64,000 bases of DNA from Camelus dromedarius (lineage: Eukaryota): assembly GCF_036321535.1 (NCBI RefSeq), contig NC_087437.1, positions 112,284,001 through 112,348,000 on the forward strand. The letters are read 5' to 3'. How positions within the stretch are numbered: position 1 is the stretch's first letter; every line of letters starts with the position of its first letter. The position numbers and the translations under genes were made by a program. Under the pieces are notes generated by a model. It was given only the letters and a program-made list of their open reading frames with translations. It ran no database searches and was not told the DNA's origin. This document shows positions 1 to 10,504 of this stretch, one piece after another.

Positions 1-339
1 GTAGTCTGCTGAGCTCAGCTCTGAGCGCATAGAACCTAAAATTGCGTGGACACGGAGCACCGGCTCCCAGGAGCATCACTGGGAGTGAGGGTGGGCAGGG
101 CCACTCCCACTTCCACCTGTTGGTCCCTAAACCTCTTGGGGACACAGTATCATATACTGTCGTTGAGTCTCGGTGCATGCCTGGTGCCAGGGGACAACAT
201 GCTCCAACCTTCAGCAGGCTGGCCACTGTCCTTCCAGGCTGGCAGCCGCTGGGGGGAGGTGCAGCACGCGGATACCAAGCCACTCCTGGCCTCCTCTGCC
301 ATCACTGGGTCCCGGGGCCTGACATGGTGTAACGCAGGG

Positions 340-760
340 CGTGCGTTAGTCAGCTCAGGCCGCCATAACAAAGCACCACACACTGGGAGGCTTAAGCAAC
401 AGACACACATCGTCCCAAGGCCCTGAAGACTGGAAGCTCAAGATGCAGGTGTTGGCAGGGTCTGTTCCTTCCAAGGGCCGTAAGGGCGAAGCTGCTCCGG
501 CCGCTCCCCTCACTTCTGGAGGCTGCTGGTCATCTTTGGTGCCTTAGTTTGTAGAAACCTCACCCCATCTCTGCCTTCGTCTTCACGTGGTGTTCTCCTG
601 TGTCCAGATTTCCTCTTCTTTAAGTCACTAGTCATATCAGACCAGGGTCCACCCTAAGGGGCTCCTTTAATTTGGTTTCCTCTGTAAGGACCCTATCTCC
701 AAACAGGGTCACATTCCGAGGCCCAGACTCTGGAAGGGGCACCAGTGCACCCCAACTGGA
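340..760 (-). mobile_element. MaLR (MLT1-type) solo LTR, old; boundaries approximate
   Basis: Typical MLT1 motifs GCCGCCATAACAAAGCACCACACACTGG..GGCTTAA and GACCCTATCTCCAAACAGGGTCACATTC. Confidence 0.65.
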
Positions 761-2274
761 GCTGACACTTGTTTGGGGAATGATCAGCCGTACCTGTCCT
801 GCAGGGCCTTGCCGGCACTGCTGAGGCCTGACAGAACGTTTGCTCCAGGGACAGAGGACCCCGCTGTGGGTCTCGGAGTCAGTATGTGGTCCTGAGACCT
901 CCCCACGTGGAGCTGCTCCCAGAGTCCAGCCACACGCCTCTTCCCGGACTCCCTCGCCTTCCGGTCTCCCTTCCTCGGGCCCATGACCGCCAACCTCGCC
1001 ATTAGGGCCCTGCCTGGGATTCCACAGATACCTGGCCTTGGGCTGCTTCTCTTTCCATACAGAGAGGATAGGTGACCAGACGCACAGCCCGAAGCTCTGC
1101 CAGTTGGAGGCGCTGTCCTCACCACAGCTGTCCAGGGCAGGCCAGGTTTGGTTTGCACCCACGTGCCACCCTGACCTCCCTGTGAGCCATGTTTGGCCTC
1201 TCCCTCCTGCGAGTCATAGGACTCATCCCCCACCAAGGTCAAGGTGTGAGCAGAGGCAGCAGGGGCGGATGAGGGGGGTCGGCTGGGCCACCTGCACATG
1301 CAGCCTCTGACCCCACCTTAGGACCTGGTGGGTCTGACAAGCCTCGTGATGGTTACTTTTAGGTGGCATGGTCACCTGGCGTCCTGTGGCCGGAGGTTCT
1401 GTCTCTCCCAGGTTCCCATAGCCCATGCTCCAGGAGCTGTTTGCCAACAGGGTGCAATCCTCCGCTGCAGACGGCAGCCTGGCCGCAGAACTGTAGTGAC
1501 CCGCACTGTGGTTCTCTTGGGATTTGCCATCAGCTCTACACAGTGTCTTTTCCCACCACAGGCCCTTCAGGGATCTCCCAGGTCTCACAGCCATTTCACA
1601 TCTGTTGGGTTCAGTTAACACATTGTCATCTGGAGATGAGGCCAGGCCTTCGTACCCCGGTGTTAACCAGCATGGGATGTGGCCAGGGCAGCTTGCTCCA
1701 AAGCCCAGACCATCTGTGGGGCCCTTTCCTGCTCCGGGCCCCCTCAGGGCCAGCAGCCTTTTGTGTCACTCAGTCAGTAAACACACTGGAGTCGTGTTCC
1801 AGATGTGGAACATCCTGCCCCCAGAGCCCTAAGGAACCCACGTAGTATGGTGCTTCCTTCTTAGCGATGGGCGGTGAGACGTGATAATCAGTCCCTTCCT
1901 TTGCAGAGAATGTCCTGGCATGGCCTATTCCATGGGACCGCTAAAACGGATGTGGGAGGTCCCTGAATCTTCACTGGACAAGGGTCCCACCTTCTGAAGT
2001 ACATATGTCTTACCCAGGCCTTGCCACTTCTTGCTTTCCTGGTCCTAGTCCCGTATTGTCATGATAGCTGATGTCAGGCCTTGTCCGCACACCAGCCAGT
2101 CAGTTGCTCCAGGCCAGCTTTGGGGAGGACAAGTGCCCTTGGCTGAGACAGCTGCCTTCCTGGACAGGGACTCCACTAGGAGCCACTTCAGCTCCAGTGT
2201 GGGCAGCACAGCCTCCGGTGTGGATAGAAGGTGGGCCCCGTGACCACAGGCAAGAGTTTCAGAGTAGCCAGAAC

Positions 2275-2795
2275 CTTCTAACAAGAGTGCCCGTGAGACT
2301 GCAGCACCAGAAAGAGCCAAGAATCCTCCAGAGGTGGGCTTCTGAGAAGCCACGTTTGCAGCAGGGAGAATAAAGAGGTGCGGGCCCTTTGCTCTGGGTA
2401 GAAGGTGTTTTGTAAATGGAGAACAAAGAGGAAGCAAAACTGTTCACCTGCTATTTTTGCTTCTGGCTTCACCATCAAAGGGACGTGTCATCACACAGGA
2501 AAGGACAGACGGGGCGACAGCATGCTGCCAGGCAAATCAAAGCCAGAGACCAGCGTAGTTAAGGGGCCCATTGGAAGCAGCTCTTGCCCTCAAGGCAGGA
2601 AGACTTTGCAGACGTGACTGTGGACCAGCCCCTGTAATATCTGAGAAATACAGGTGGGGGCGCTGGAGAGGGGCCAGGGGAGTGAGGGAGAGGGAGGCGC
2701 CCAGAAACTCTGGAGCAGATGGGGTTCCTCACATCATGAAATTCTCCAGTTTGACTCATCATGTAGAGAATCCATTAACCATGGTCTAGAGAATG
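2275..2795. repeat. Left arm of a 521 bp perfect inverted repeat, in the last intron of IL10RB
   Basis: Exact reverse complement of 19331-19851 (end coordinates sum to 22126, so no indels). The ORF track gives identical peptides in several frames for both arms. Confidence 0.97.
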
Positions 2796-3089
2796 TACAG
2801 ATGACATTAAGAGGGAGCAGACAGGTGACTTAAAGAATAACCAACTCAGGGGGGGAGAGGTTAAAAATGCAATGCTTTAAGGAATGTTTCTCCATCTCAT
2901 CTTGAAGATTAAAAGCATTAGTGGACCTACAAGGATGAAAAATGGAGAATGTGAAATCAGGGGATATTCCAGGAAACATATATGGACATTTTCATTGTTG
3001 AAGTGTTGGAGTGACAAGGATGATTAGACTGGTTCCTGTCTGTAACTTGCCCGTCTGCTGACGGGACACACTGAAGAGTCAGCATCCGT

Positions 3090-3372
3090 AAAACGTGCTA
3101 GATGGAAACACAGCACCTAAGTTTTAAATTTGCTAGTAGCCAGGTTTTTTAAAAAGTAAAAAGAAACAGATGAAATTAATATTAATAATACATTTCATGC
3201 AGCCCAGTGTATCCAAAATATCATTTCAACATGTGATCAATTGTTGAAATATTTACAGTCTTTTTACATAAAAGTCTTCAAAATCTGGTATGTATTTTAC
3301 ATATAGAGTCAGACCAGCCACATTTCAAGTAGTAGCCACATGTGTGGCTGGTGGCTGCTATACTGGACAGCG
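3090..3372. mobile_element. hAT-Charlie MER3/MER33-like non-autonomous DNA transposon remnant
   Basis: Terminal motif AGCCACATGTGTGGCTGGTGGCTGCTATACTGGACAGCG, with an AT-rich core. Confidence 0.55.
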
Positions 3373-3629
3373 TGGGGCCCACTGGACACTGGGTAGCACC
3401 AAAGAGGGTCCCCAACTCAGTGTGAGGACACACAGGAGATTGTTTTTCCAAGACACATCTATCCCGTGCCTGCAACATCCTTGCTTCCTAGAGGAAAGGA
3501 TGCCCAGGCTGTGTCAGCCCCACAGCTTCTTGATCGTCCTGAAAAATCACCCTCTGGCTTACAAGAGGAACTGTGAGAGGCAGACCTGTGGTCACTTAGC
3601 AGATGAGGTGCAGATTTATTGTCGCAATA

Positions 3630-4215
3630 TTAAAATTGTGGTAAAACACACATAACGTAAACTTTACCATCGTAACCACTTCTGTGTCCATTTTAGTGGT
3701 CTTCTAGTACATTCACATTGTGCAGCCATCACCGCCATCCATGCACAGAACTCCTTTTGTCTTATAAGACAGAAACTCTGTATCCATTAAACAAAATTCC
3801 CCATCTCCCTCTCCCCGCAGCCCTTGGCAACCACCGTTCTACTTTCTGGCTGTGAGTTTGCCTGCTCTAGGTACCTCATGCAGGTGGAATCATACAGTAT
3901 TTGTCCTTTTGTATCTGGCTTAGTTCACTTAGCATAAGCTTCGTCCGTGTTGTAGAGCTTATCAGAACTTGACTACATTTCAGGGCTGGATAGTATTCCA
4001 TTGCACGTATAGACCACCTTCTGTTCATCCAGTCATCGTGGATGGACACTTGGGCTGCTTCCATCTTTGGCTATTGTGAATAATGCTACTCTGAACACGG
4101 GTGTGCAAATATCTCTCTAAGACCCTGCTTTCAGTTCTTCTGGGTATATACCCAGAAGTGGAACCATCGGATCATATGATAATTCTATTTTTAATTTTTT
4201 GAGGAACTGTCTTAT
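3630..4215 (-). mobile_element. Old L1 (L1MB-like) 3' fragment
   Basis: L1 3' end motifs (GGACACTTGGGCTGCTTCCA, TTTTTGAGGAACTG). ORF 3876-4064 resembles the ORF2 C-terminus. Confidence 0.75.
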
Positions 4216-4335
4216 TGCTGTTGTCACATTTTTTTAAACAGCGTCTTCCAGCCAGGAGTTCTATATAAAATCATGAGCCCAGAAAAAAGAATGGGAAACT
4301 TTGATAATTAACTCTTTTTTTTTTTCCTTCTGCAG

Positions 4336-4617
4336 TTTTTGGGCCATCCTCATCACAGCACACTTCTCTCATTCTCCTTCCTACTGTCTGATGAGAATGA
4401 AGTTTTTGACAAACTGAGTGTCATCACAGAAGTATCTGAAAGCCACAGGCAGAATCCTGGTGCCAGCTGCAGCCTCAGGACCCAGTCTGGGCAGGGACCC
4501 TTTGAACTAGTCTCCGAGGAGGGACCACACTCAGCTGGGCACGGTGACCCCCTGCTTCTCACATCTGCCTCTGAAGGGGATCAGAGCAACACACAAACGA
4601 GGACCGAGACCACCTGA
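4336..4617 (+). CDS. IL10RB: IL10RB (IL-10 receptor beta / IL-10R2) last coding exon, intracellular tail; upstream exons were not found in the window
   Basis: Polypyrimidine tract plus TGCAG acceptor at 4331-4335. Phase-0 translation FLGHPHHSTLLSFSFLLSDENEVFDKLSVITEVSES...GQGP matches the IL10RB tail (human FLGHPHHNTLLFFSFPLSDENDVFDKLSVI). TGA at 4615-4617. Lies upstream of IFNAR1, as in the conserved gene order. Confidence 0.96.
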   Translation, partial: FLGHPHHSTLLSFSFLLSDENEVFDKLSVITEVSESHRQNPGASCSLRTQSGQGPFELVSEEGPHSAGHGDPLLLTSASEGDQSNTQTRTETT

Positions 4618-5060
4618 GTAAACCCCAAATCGAGAACTCTCAGACAGTGGGGTAAGCATAAACAACCAAAGAGCTGAATTTTAAAGGCTCACTTGGCAAA
4701 AAGACTCCGTATTGGGAACTTGCTACTTTATAAAGGCCTTAATGCTTAAAAAAAGGAAGTAGTTGGCCACTGGAGGTATGGTTTTCAACCTCTTGTGTTC
4801 ACTGATATACCAAAAAAAAAAAAAAAAAAAAAGGTTTTAAATGGTGGCAAGCAGAAATATTTAAAATGAGGAATAAAAACTGAGATACTGTAAAATCTGA
4901 GCAGAGTGCCAATAGACTGGTCCAAAAAAATGGCCTGGACTCAGAAGTAATTGTCAGCAAACACTGTACAGAGAGCAGACTTTGTGGATTCTCAGAGACT
5001 TACTTTCCTACATGGACGAGTTTTATATAGCACTATTAAAGTTTATTTAATCTGTGTGTA
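4618..5060 (+). terminator. IL10RB: IL10RB 3' UTR with candidate polyadenylation signals
   Basis: AT-rich sequence after the stop codon. AATAAA at 4872-4877, and ATTAAA at 5035-5040 followed by a U/GU-rich tract. Confidence 0.6.
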
Positions 5061-8000
5061 TTAATGATACTGCATCTGTGTGACTGTCAGATTGAACAAG
5101 GTTCTCATGCGTCATGTTTAATGTCCATTCATTCAGAGGATGTTCCTCAGTCCCTGTCTGCGGTCAACCAGGGACTGTGCCTGGTGCAGGGGCCCCATGG
5201 CATCTGGGAAGCTTCAGAGAATAGAAGGCCCCGGGCTTTGAATTCCACCTCGGACACTTACTGGCCCATGACCGCTCGGTTTCCTCATCTGTATGTGGGG
5301 ATGAAAAGACCCAAGGAGTAGTGTCACTCTGTGAAAAATGCCCACCCCTGCGCCAGCACAGAGCAGTCACTCAGTGAACAGTAGCTAGTCCTACCAGCAA
5401 CATAATCTCATGGGTATGTCTGACTGCACAAACCTAGGTTAGCAACAAATGTCCCTTCTTCTGGGCCAGATTGCCCAATAAAGCAGATTCATCAAAGTTC
5501 CCTAAAAGAGAGAAAAAGTACTTTTTGAAATAATTTGACATTTTTTAAATGAAACATCATGGGGGAAATAGACCAGAAGTTTCTTGACCTGTTCAGTATT
5601 TTTACATTGCTTTCAATAACGAGGTGAGGGAGCAAGCATTGTGTTTTGGGCTCTCGGTGTCCCCTGATCCTGGTCTGGGGCTAGTCTTACAACAAGGGAG
5701 AAAGCAATCCTCTTCCCCAGTAAATTCTTCTTCCCTGAAGGAAGAGGACAAGGACTGTGAACTTCTATGCATAGGCTTGGGAGAAGGAAAGGAGACACCT
5801 CATTATTCATCTGATCCCTGCCTAAATCCCCCTCATGTGTCTGTGGAATCTCCATCGTGCAAGTGTGAACCCCTCTCTGTTTTTAGGGGCTCAAAATGAC
5901 ACACCCTCCAGGTGGTCAAATAAAACTTCAGGGTTAACAGTTACAAATCGCGAGCCCGAAAGGAAAGCATCACAAGCGAGAGCCAGCAGAAGCCCCAGGC
6001 AGCTGAGCCAAACCCGCCCTGACTTCAGATCCTGATACGAACAGTCAGAGAATACACAGCATGCTGCGCAGTCAAATAAATGTGAGAAGATAACATCAGG
6101 ACAGCACAAGAGGCTGAATGATTCACAGGAACCCCAAATCTCAGTGGCTCTGAAAACAAAGACTTCTTCTTCACTCATTTTATGTGTGGCTGGCGGTCAA
6201 CAATGGGTCTCTTGTAATCTCAGTGATGCCTTAATTCTAGGATCTAAGCTGGAGGACATGCCGAGTGGGGAAACAACTGCCTGCGTGTCCCTGCTTAGAG
6301 CTCCTGCCTGGACTTGGAGCCTGTCCCTGCTTCCCACTTCCTTCAGCCAGAGATATGGCCAAGCCAATGTCAGGAGAGTAGGGAGGTGGACTCCTCCCCA
6401 GGGAGGAGCTGCGAGTCACGTAGGACCAGTCGGATGTATGATTCTCCCACAAGGAGAGAGAATAATGGGGAGCAGTCATTACAATCTGGAGAGTTAAGAA
6501 ACGATCAAACAGATTTGGTGGCAGGGGTTGGGGGGAGAGGTGTAGGAGGTGGTAAATAGACATCTGGGAGGTGAAAAATATAATACAGTTGACAGTACAG
6601 ATTTGAGCTGTGCAGGTCCACTTATATGCAGATTTTTTTTCGATAAATACATACTACAGCCCTACACAATCCACAGACGGAACTATGGTTACAAAGGCCG
6701 ACTGTAAAGTTACAACATGGATTTTCAACAGTGCAGGGGGTCAGTGCCCCTAACCCCCCACTGTAATTGACATTTAAAAGTCAGAGGATGGACTTAACAG
6801 CAGATTAGGAAAAATTGAAGAGAAAATAAATAAACTGGGCAGAAGGAGGAACATATTAGTCAAGAAAAGAAGCAGAGCCAATAGGATGTGTGCATAGAGA
6901 GAGAGAGACATTTATATTAGGGAATTATGGGAGGCTGACTAGTCTGAAATATGTAGGGCAGACTGACAGCCAAGAGATCCAGGGAGGGGTCCATGTTTCA
7001 GTTGAGTCCAAAGGCAGTCTGGAGGCAGAATTACCCCCTTCCCCTGGGGACCTCAGTCTTTTTTCTCTTAAAGCCTTCAGCTGATTGGATGAGACCTGCC
7101 CACATTGTCGAGGGTAATCTGTTTCTACTTAAAGTCTACTGATTTAAATGCTAATCTCATGTTTAAAAAACAAAAACAAGCAAGCTTCACAGCAACATTC
7201 AGACTGGTTTTTGATCAAATCTGGGTACTATGGCCTCACCAAGTTGACGCATAAAATTAACCATCACTGGGAGGGTAGAGCTGAAGTGATTATCAAGGAT
7301 GCAGTACAGAGAAACATAAGAATGGAAACTATAAGAGGTTAATAAATAAGATACATGAGGATAGAGTGAGATGATCTGTTACATGTCTCATCACAGTCTC
7401 AGGAGGAGATGTGAGGAAAAAAAAGATGAGGCAAAAGCAATATTTGAATATCTGTAAAGATAATGGCTGATGAAAAGCACCACTCGAAAAATTCAAGAAT
7501 TTCAACAAATTCCTAGCTGGATAAATAAGAAGAAATCACATCAGAGTCAAAGTGCAGGACAACAAAAACAGAGAAGGCAGATTACCTTCCGAGGAAGAAC
7601 AATTACATTTCTGGATAATTTCTCAGCAGTATTAGAAGCCAAAAAGTGTTCGAATCTCTTCCAAGTACATCAGAAATCTTTGTCAACTTAGAATTGAATA
7701 GCCTGCAAAAAATATCTTTCAGGAAAAGGGATAAAATAAAGACAGACAAACAAAGTTGAGGGGTTTTGACATCAAAAACCTTATTTCAGGCAGAAGGAAA
7801 CCATTCCCAGATGGAAGTTATGATGTGTAAGAAGAAATAAAGGAAAGAAACTGGTAAATAGGTGAGTAAATCTAAACAACCTTTGGCTGCATACAACAAT
7901 AATAAATATTCTAGGTTTAAAAAACAGCTGAAACACAGAGAGGAGAGCACTTGAAAATGAAGTGTTCGAAGGTCCTCTTGTATTTCAAAGAAGATGAATT

Positions 8001-9232
8001 TGAGACATGGATCAGTATATTAAAAACTTCTAGAGTAACCTCATTACTAGAGAAGTGGTTCTTAATTAAAGGAGAGGGCATTTCGTTTCACGCGGGACAT
8101 TTGACAATGTCTGGAAACACTTTTGATTGTCCCAGCTGGCACTGAGGGAGTAAAGGCCAGGCTTTGCAATAAATACTTGACATTTTTTACCTCTTTTATT
8201 TTTTTATGGCCAAACTTCCCACATGACCCTCTGAAGCCATGTACTGAAACCCAAGGCTGACGGCAGGAGCCACACTAAGTATTCATCCTGGATGCTTGAC
8301 AAGGCGGTGGCCTGTGCCCTGCTGGCACCCGGCGTAGATTCTGTGGCCTTGTTGAGTCTCTGGAGCCCAGCTGTGTTGAGGAGGATGTGGGCAACTGGCT
8401 GCTGAGGCTGCAAACTTTGCAGCTAAGAAGTGAAAGAGGGAGGCACCGCCCTGGTGAGAAAATGTCCAAAAATTCTGAGACCAGGAAGGGATTCAGCAGG
8501 TCATCTTGTGGGCCACCCCGAAAACATTGTAGCAGAAGCATGGGTCCTGTTTGTTTGAAAGGCCCCCTGAGGGAAGCCAGCCTGGGCCAGCCTCCCTGGT
8601 CCCCAGCCCTCCCCTTGCCGGCTCCTTCTGGGCAGCCCAGCCTTGCAGGAGGCACTTGCTGCACCTCTCCATGGGGCTCCTGCCCCGCCCCCCCGAGACC
8701 GGATCCGCCTCCGAGCACCCCGTTCCTTCTCACAGCTGTGCCCAGCCTCACCCTGACCAGTCAGTTCCGGCTTTCTGGAATTGGATTCAAGCATCACTAT
8801 GTTTGAAAGCTCTCCCAGGTTATTCCAGTGTGCAGCCAAGGTACAGACCACTACTCTGTCAGAGCAGGTATGAAAGGTCCTAAGTACCTGTTAACCTGCT
8901 CCCCCGTCTGTCTTCTAGTTCTCTAGCTGTTAAAGGTGTCACGCTTGCTTTTAAAACCCAGCTAACAGGGTCCATCCATCACCCTCTGCTTTTACAAGAA
9001 GGTCAGAAGTTATTCAGGGTTGTGAGACCCTCTGGGACATATTGTCATGGCACAAACATTTGCCTCCAAGCACTGCTCCAGGCTTCCAAGCTGCTCACCA
9101 CTGGTCATTTGGGAGACAGTTCTCCCCACTGCTACCCTTGTCTCCATGCCAGCATCTAACACAGTGCTTAGTACTAGGAAGTGTTGGTGCAAATAATGGA
9201 TAATAAAAAATGGTAACCTGAAGCCTTCTTGA

Positions 9233-9322
9233 TTTTTTTTTTTTTTTGATGGGAGTACCAGGGATTGAACCCAGGACCTCATGCATGCCAGACATCTACC
9301 GCTGAGCTAGTCCCTTCTCCAC
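9233..9322 (-). mobile_element. tRNA-derived SINE (camelid Vic-1-like)
   Basis: GGGATTGAACCCAGGACCTCATGCATG core with a T-rich tail. Confidence 0.75.
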
Positions 9323-9504
9323 TGAAGCCTTAAACACCTGACAGCTACACCACAGATCAGAGTCATTGACACATGCAGATTACACAGAGCTAATTCTGTT
9401 TAACAAAACACCATAAAACATATGCAAGAGAAAAACAAAATCAGTGAAAACATTCCAGGTAAAAGAAAAAGATTATATTGTATAAGGTCATCCTGACTAC
9501 TTTT

Positions 9505-9565
9505 TTTTTATTGAAATATAGTCAATTTATGTGTTAATTTCTGGCGTACAGCATAGTGATTCAGT

Positions 9566-9628
<63 letters not shown>

Positions 9629-9790
9629 TCCTTTTCATATTCTTTTTATTATAGGCTATTACAAGTTATTGAATATAGTTCCCTGTGCTATACAGTAGGA
9701 CCTTGTTGTTTATCTATTTTATATATAGTAGTTAGTATCTGCTAATCCCAAACTCCCAGTTTACCCCTCCCCCCTCCTTTCCCCCCTAAT
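9505..9790 (-). mobile_element. 5'-truncated L1 3'-end insertion with target-site duplication and an internal (GT)(AT)(AC) microsatellite
   Basis: Flanked by direct repeat CTGACTACTTTT (9493-9504 and 9791-9802). Sequence is a typical artiodactyl L1 3' UTR. Confidence 0.75.
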
Positions 9791-10226
9791 CTGACTACTT
9801 TTAAATTGAGTTGAAGTTGTTTTTTCACTTTCAGTTGTATATCAGAAGTTACTCAGAATTTTACAGCATCTCAATTCTAATCCCTATTTTTAATGTTTTT
9901 ATTTCTTGTTACCAAAATGCAGCCCTTATTTTAGTTAGCAGCAGAAGGGTGAATTAGAAGTCATACCCTCAGTGGCAAACTTTGTTTTAATGTTAAAAGC
10001 CATCTATGAGCACAAGGACCAAGGATGGAATGTTTTTACCAAATGAGTTTTTTAAATTTCACTCTTTGGCTATTTATAAAAGCCTAGTACTACGGATTTT
10101 CTCGATCCAGTGTTTGGTCAAATGTTCTCAGTCATCATTTATTACTCTGACCATCCTTAGAGGATATGAGAATTAAGGGGCTGCTATGTCCCCCAATTTT
10201 TTTCTCAAAGATTGGCTCTACTGTTT

Positions 10227-10311
10227 CCTGTCTCCTTGTGGTTCTTTCTTTATATCTTTAGCTGTGGAAAATCTTTTTTTGCTAGTCTTCAGGTGGTTCT
10301 TGTCTATAGTT
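10227..10311 (-). repeat. 85 bp exact inverted copy of L1 5' UTR positions 10589-10673
   Basis: Base-for-base reverse complement, including the 7-nt A/T run. Spacer is 277 bp. Confidence 0.92.
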
Positions 10312-10504
10312 TCCTGCTGTGTTGGGGTCCTGACGCTACCACCATCAATAGGGGTTTTGTTTGCTGCTTTCAAAGTCACTGGAAATGCCGTTTAATTTAT
10401 CACAACTTCATTCTTGCCAAAAGGTAAAGAAGAAAGAAAGAGATAGCTGTGACAAGAATGGACCAAATACTGTGAAAGAAACTTCAGTTAAAAAAAAAAA
10501 ATCA

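Noticed and set aside
42..2437. Many overlapping 90-176 aa ORFs
   Set aside because: GC-rich intronic and MaLR sequence. There is no recognisable domain, and the IL10RB transmembrane exon was not found among them.
2278..2789. Identical short ORFs appearing at both ~2.3-2.8 kb and ~19.3-19.85 kb
   Set aside because: They are a by-product of the DNA inverted repeat. They occur in several frames on both strands and resemble no protein I know.
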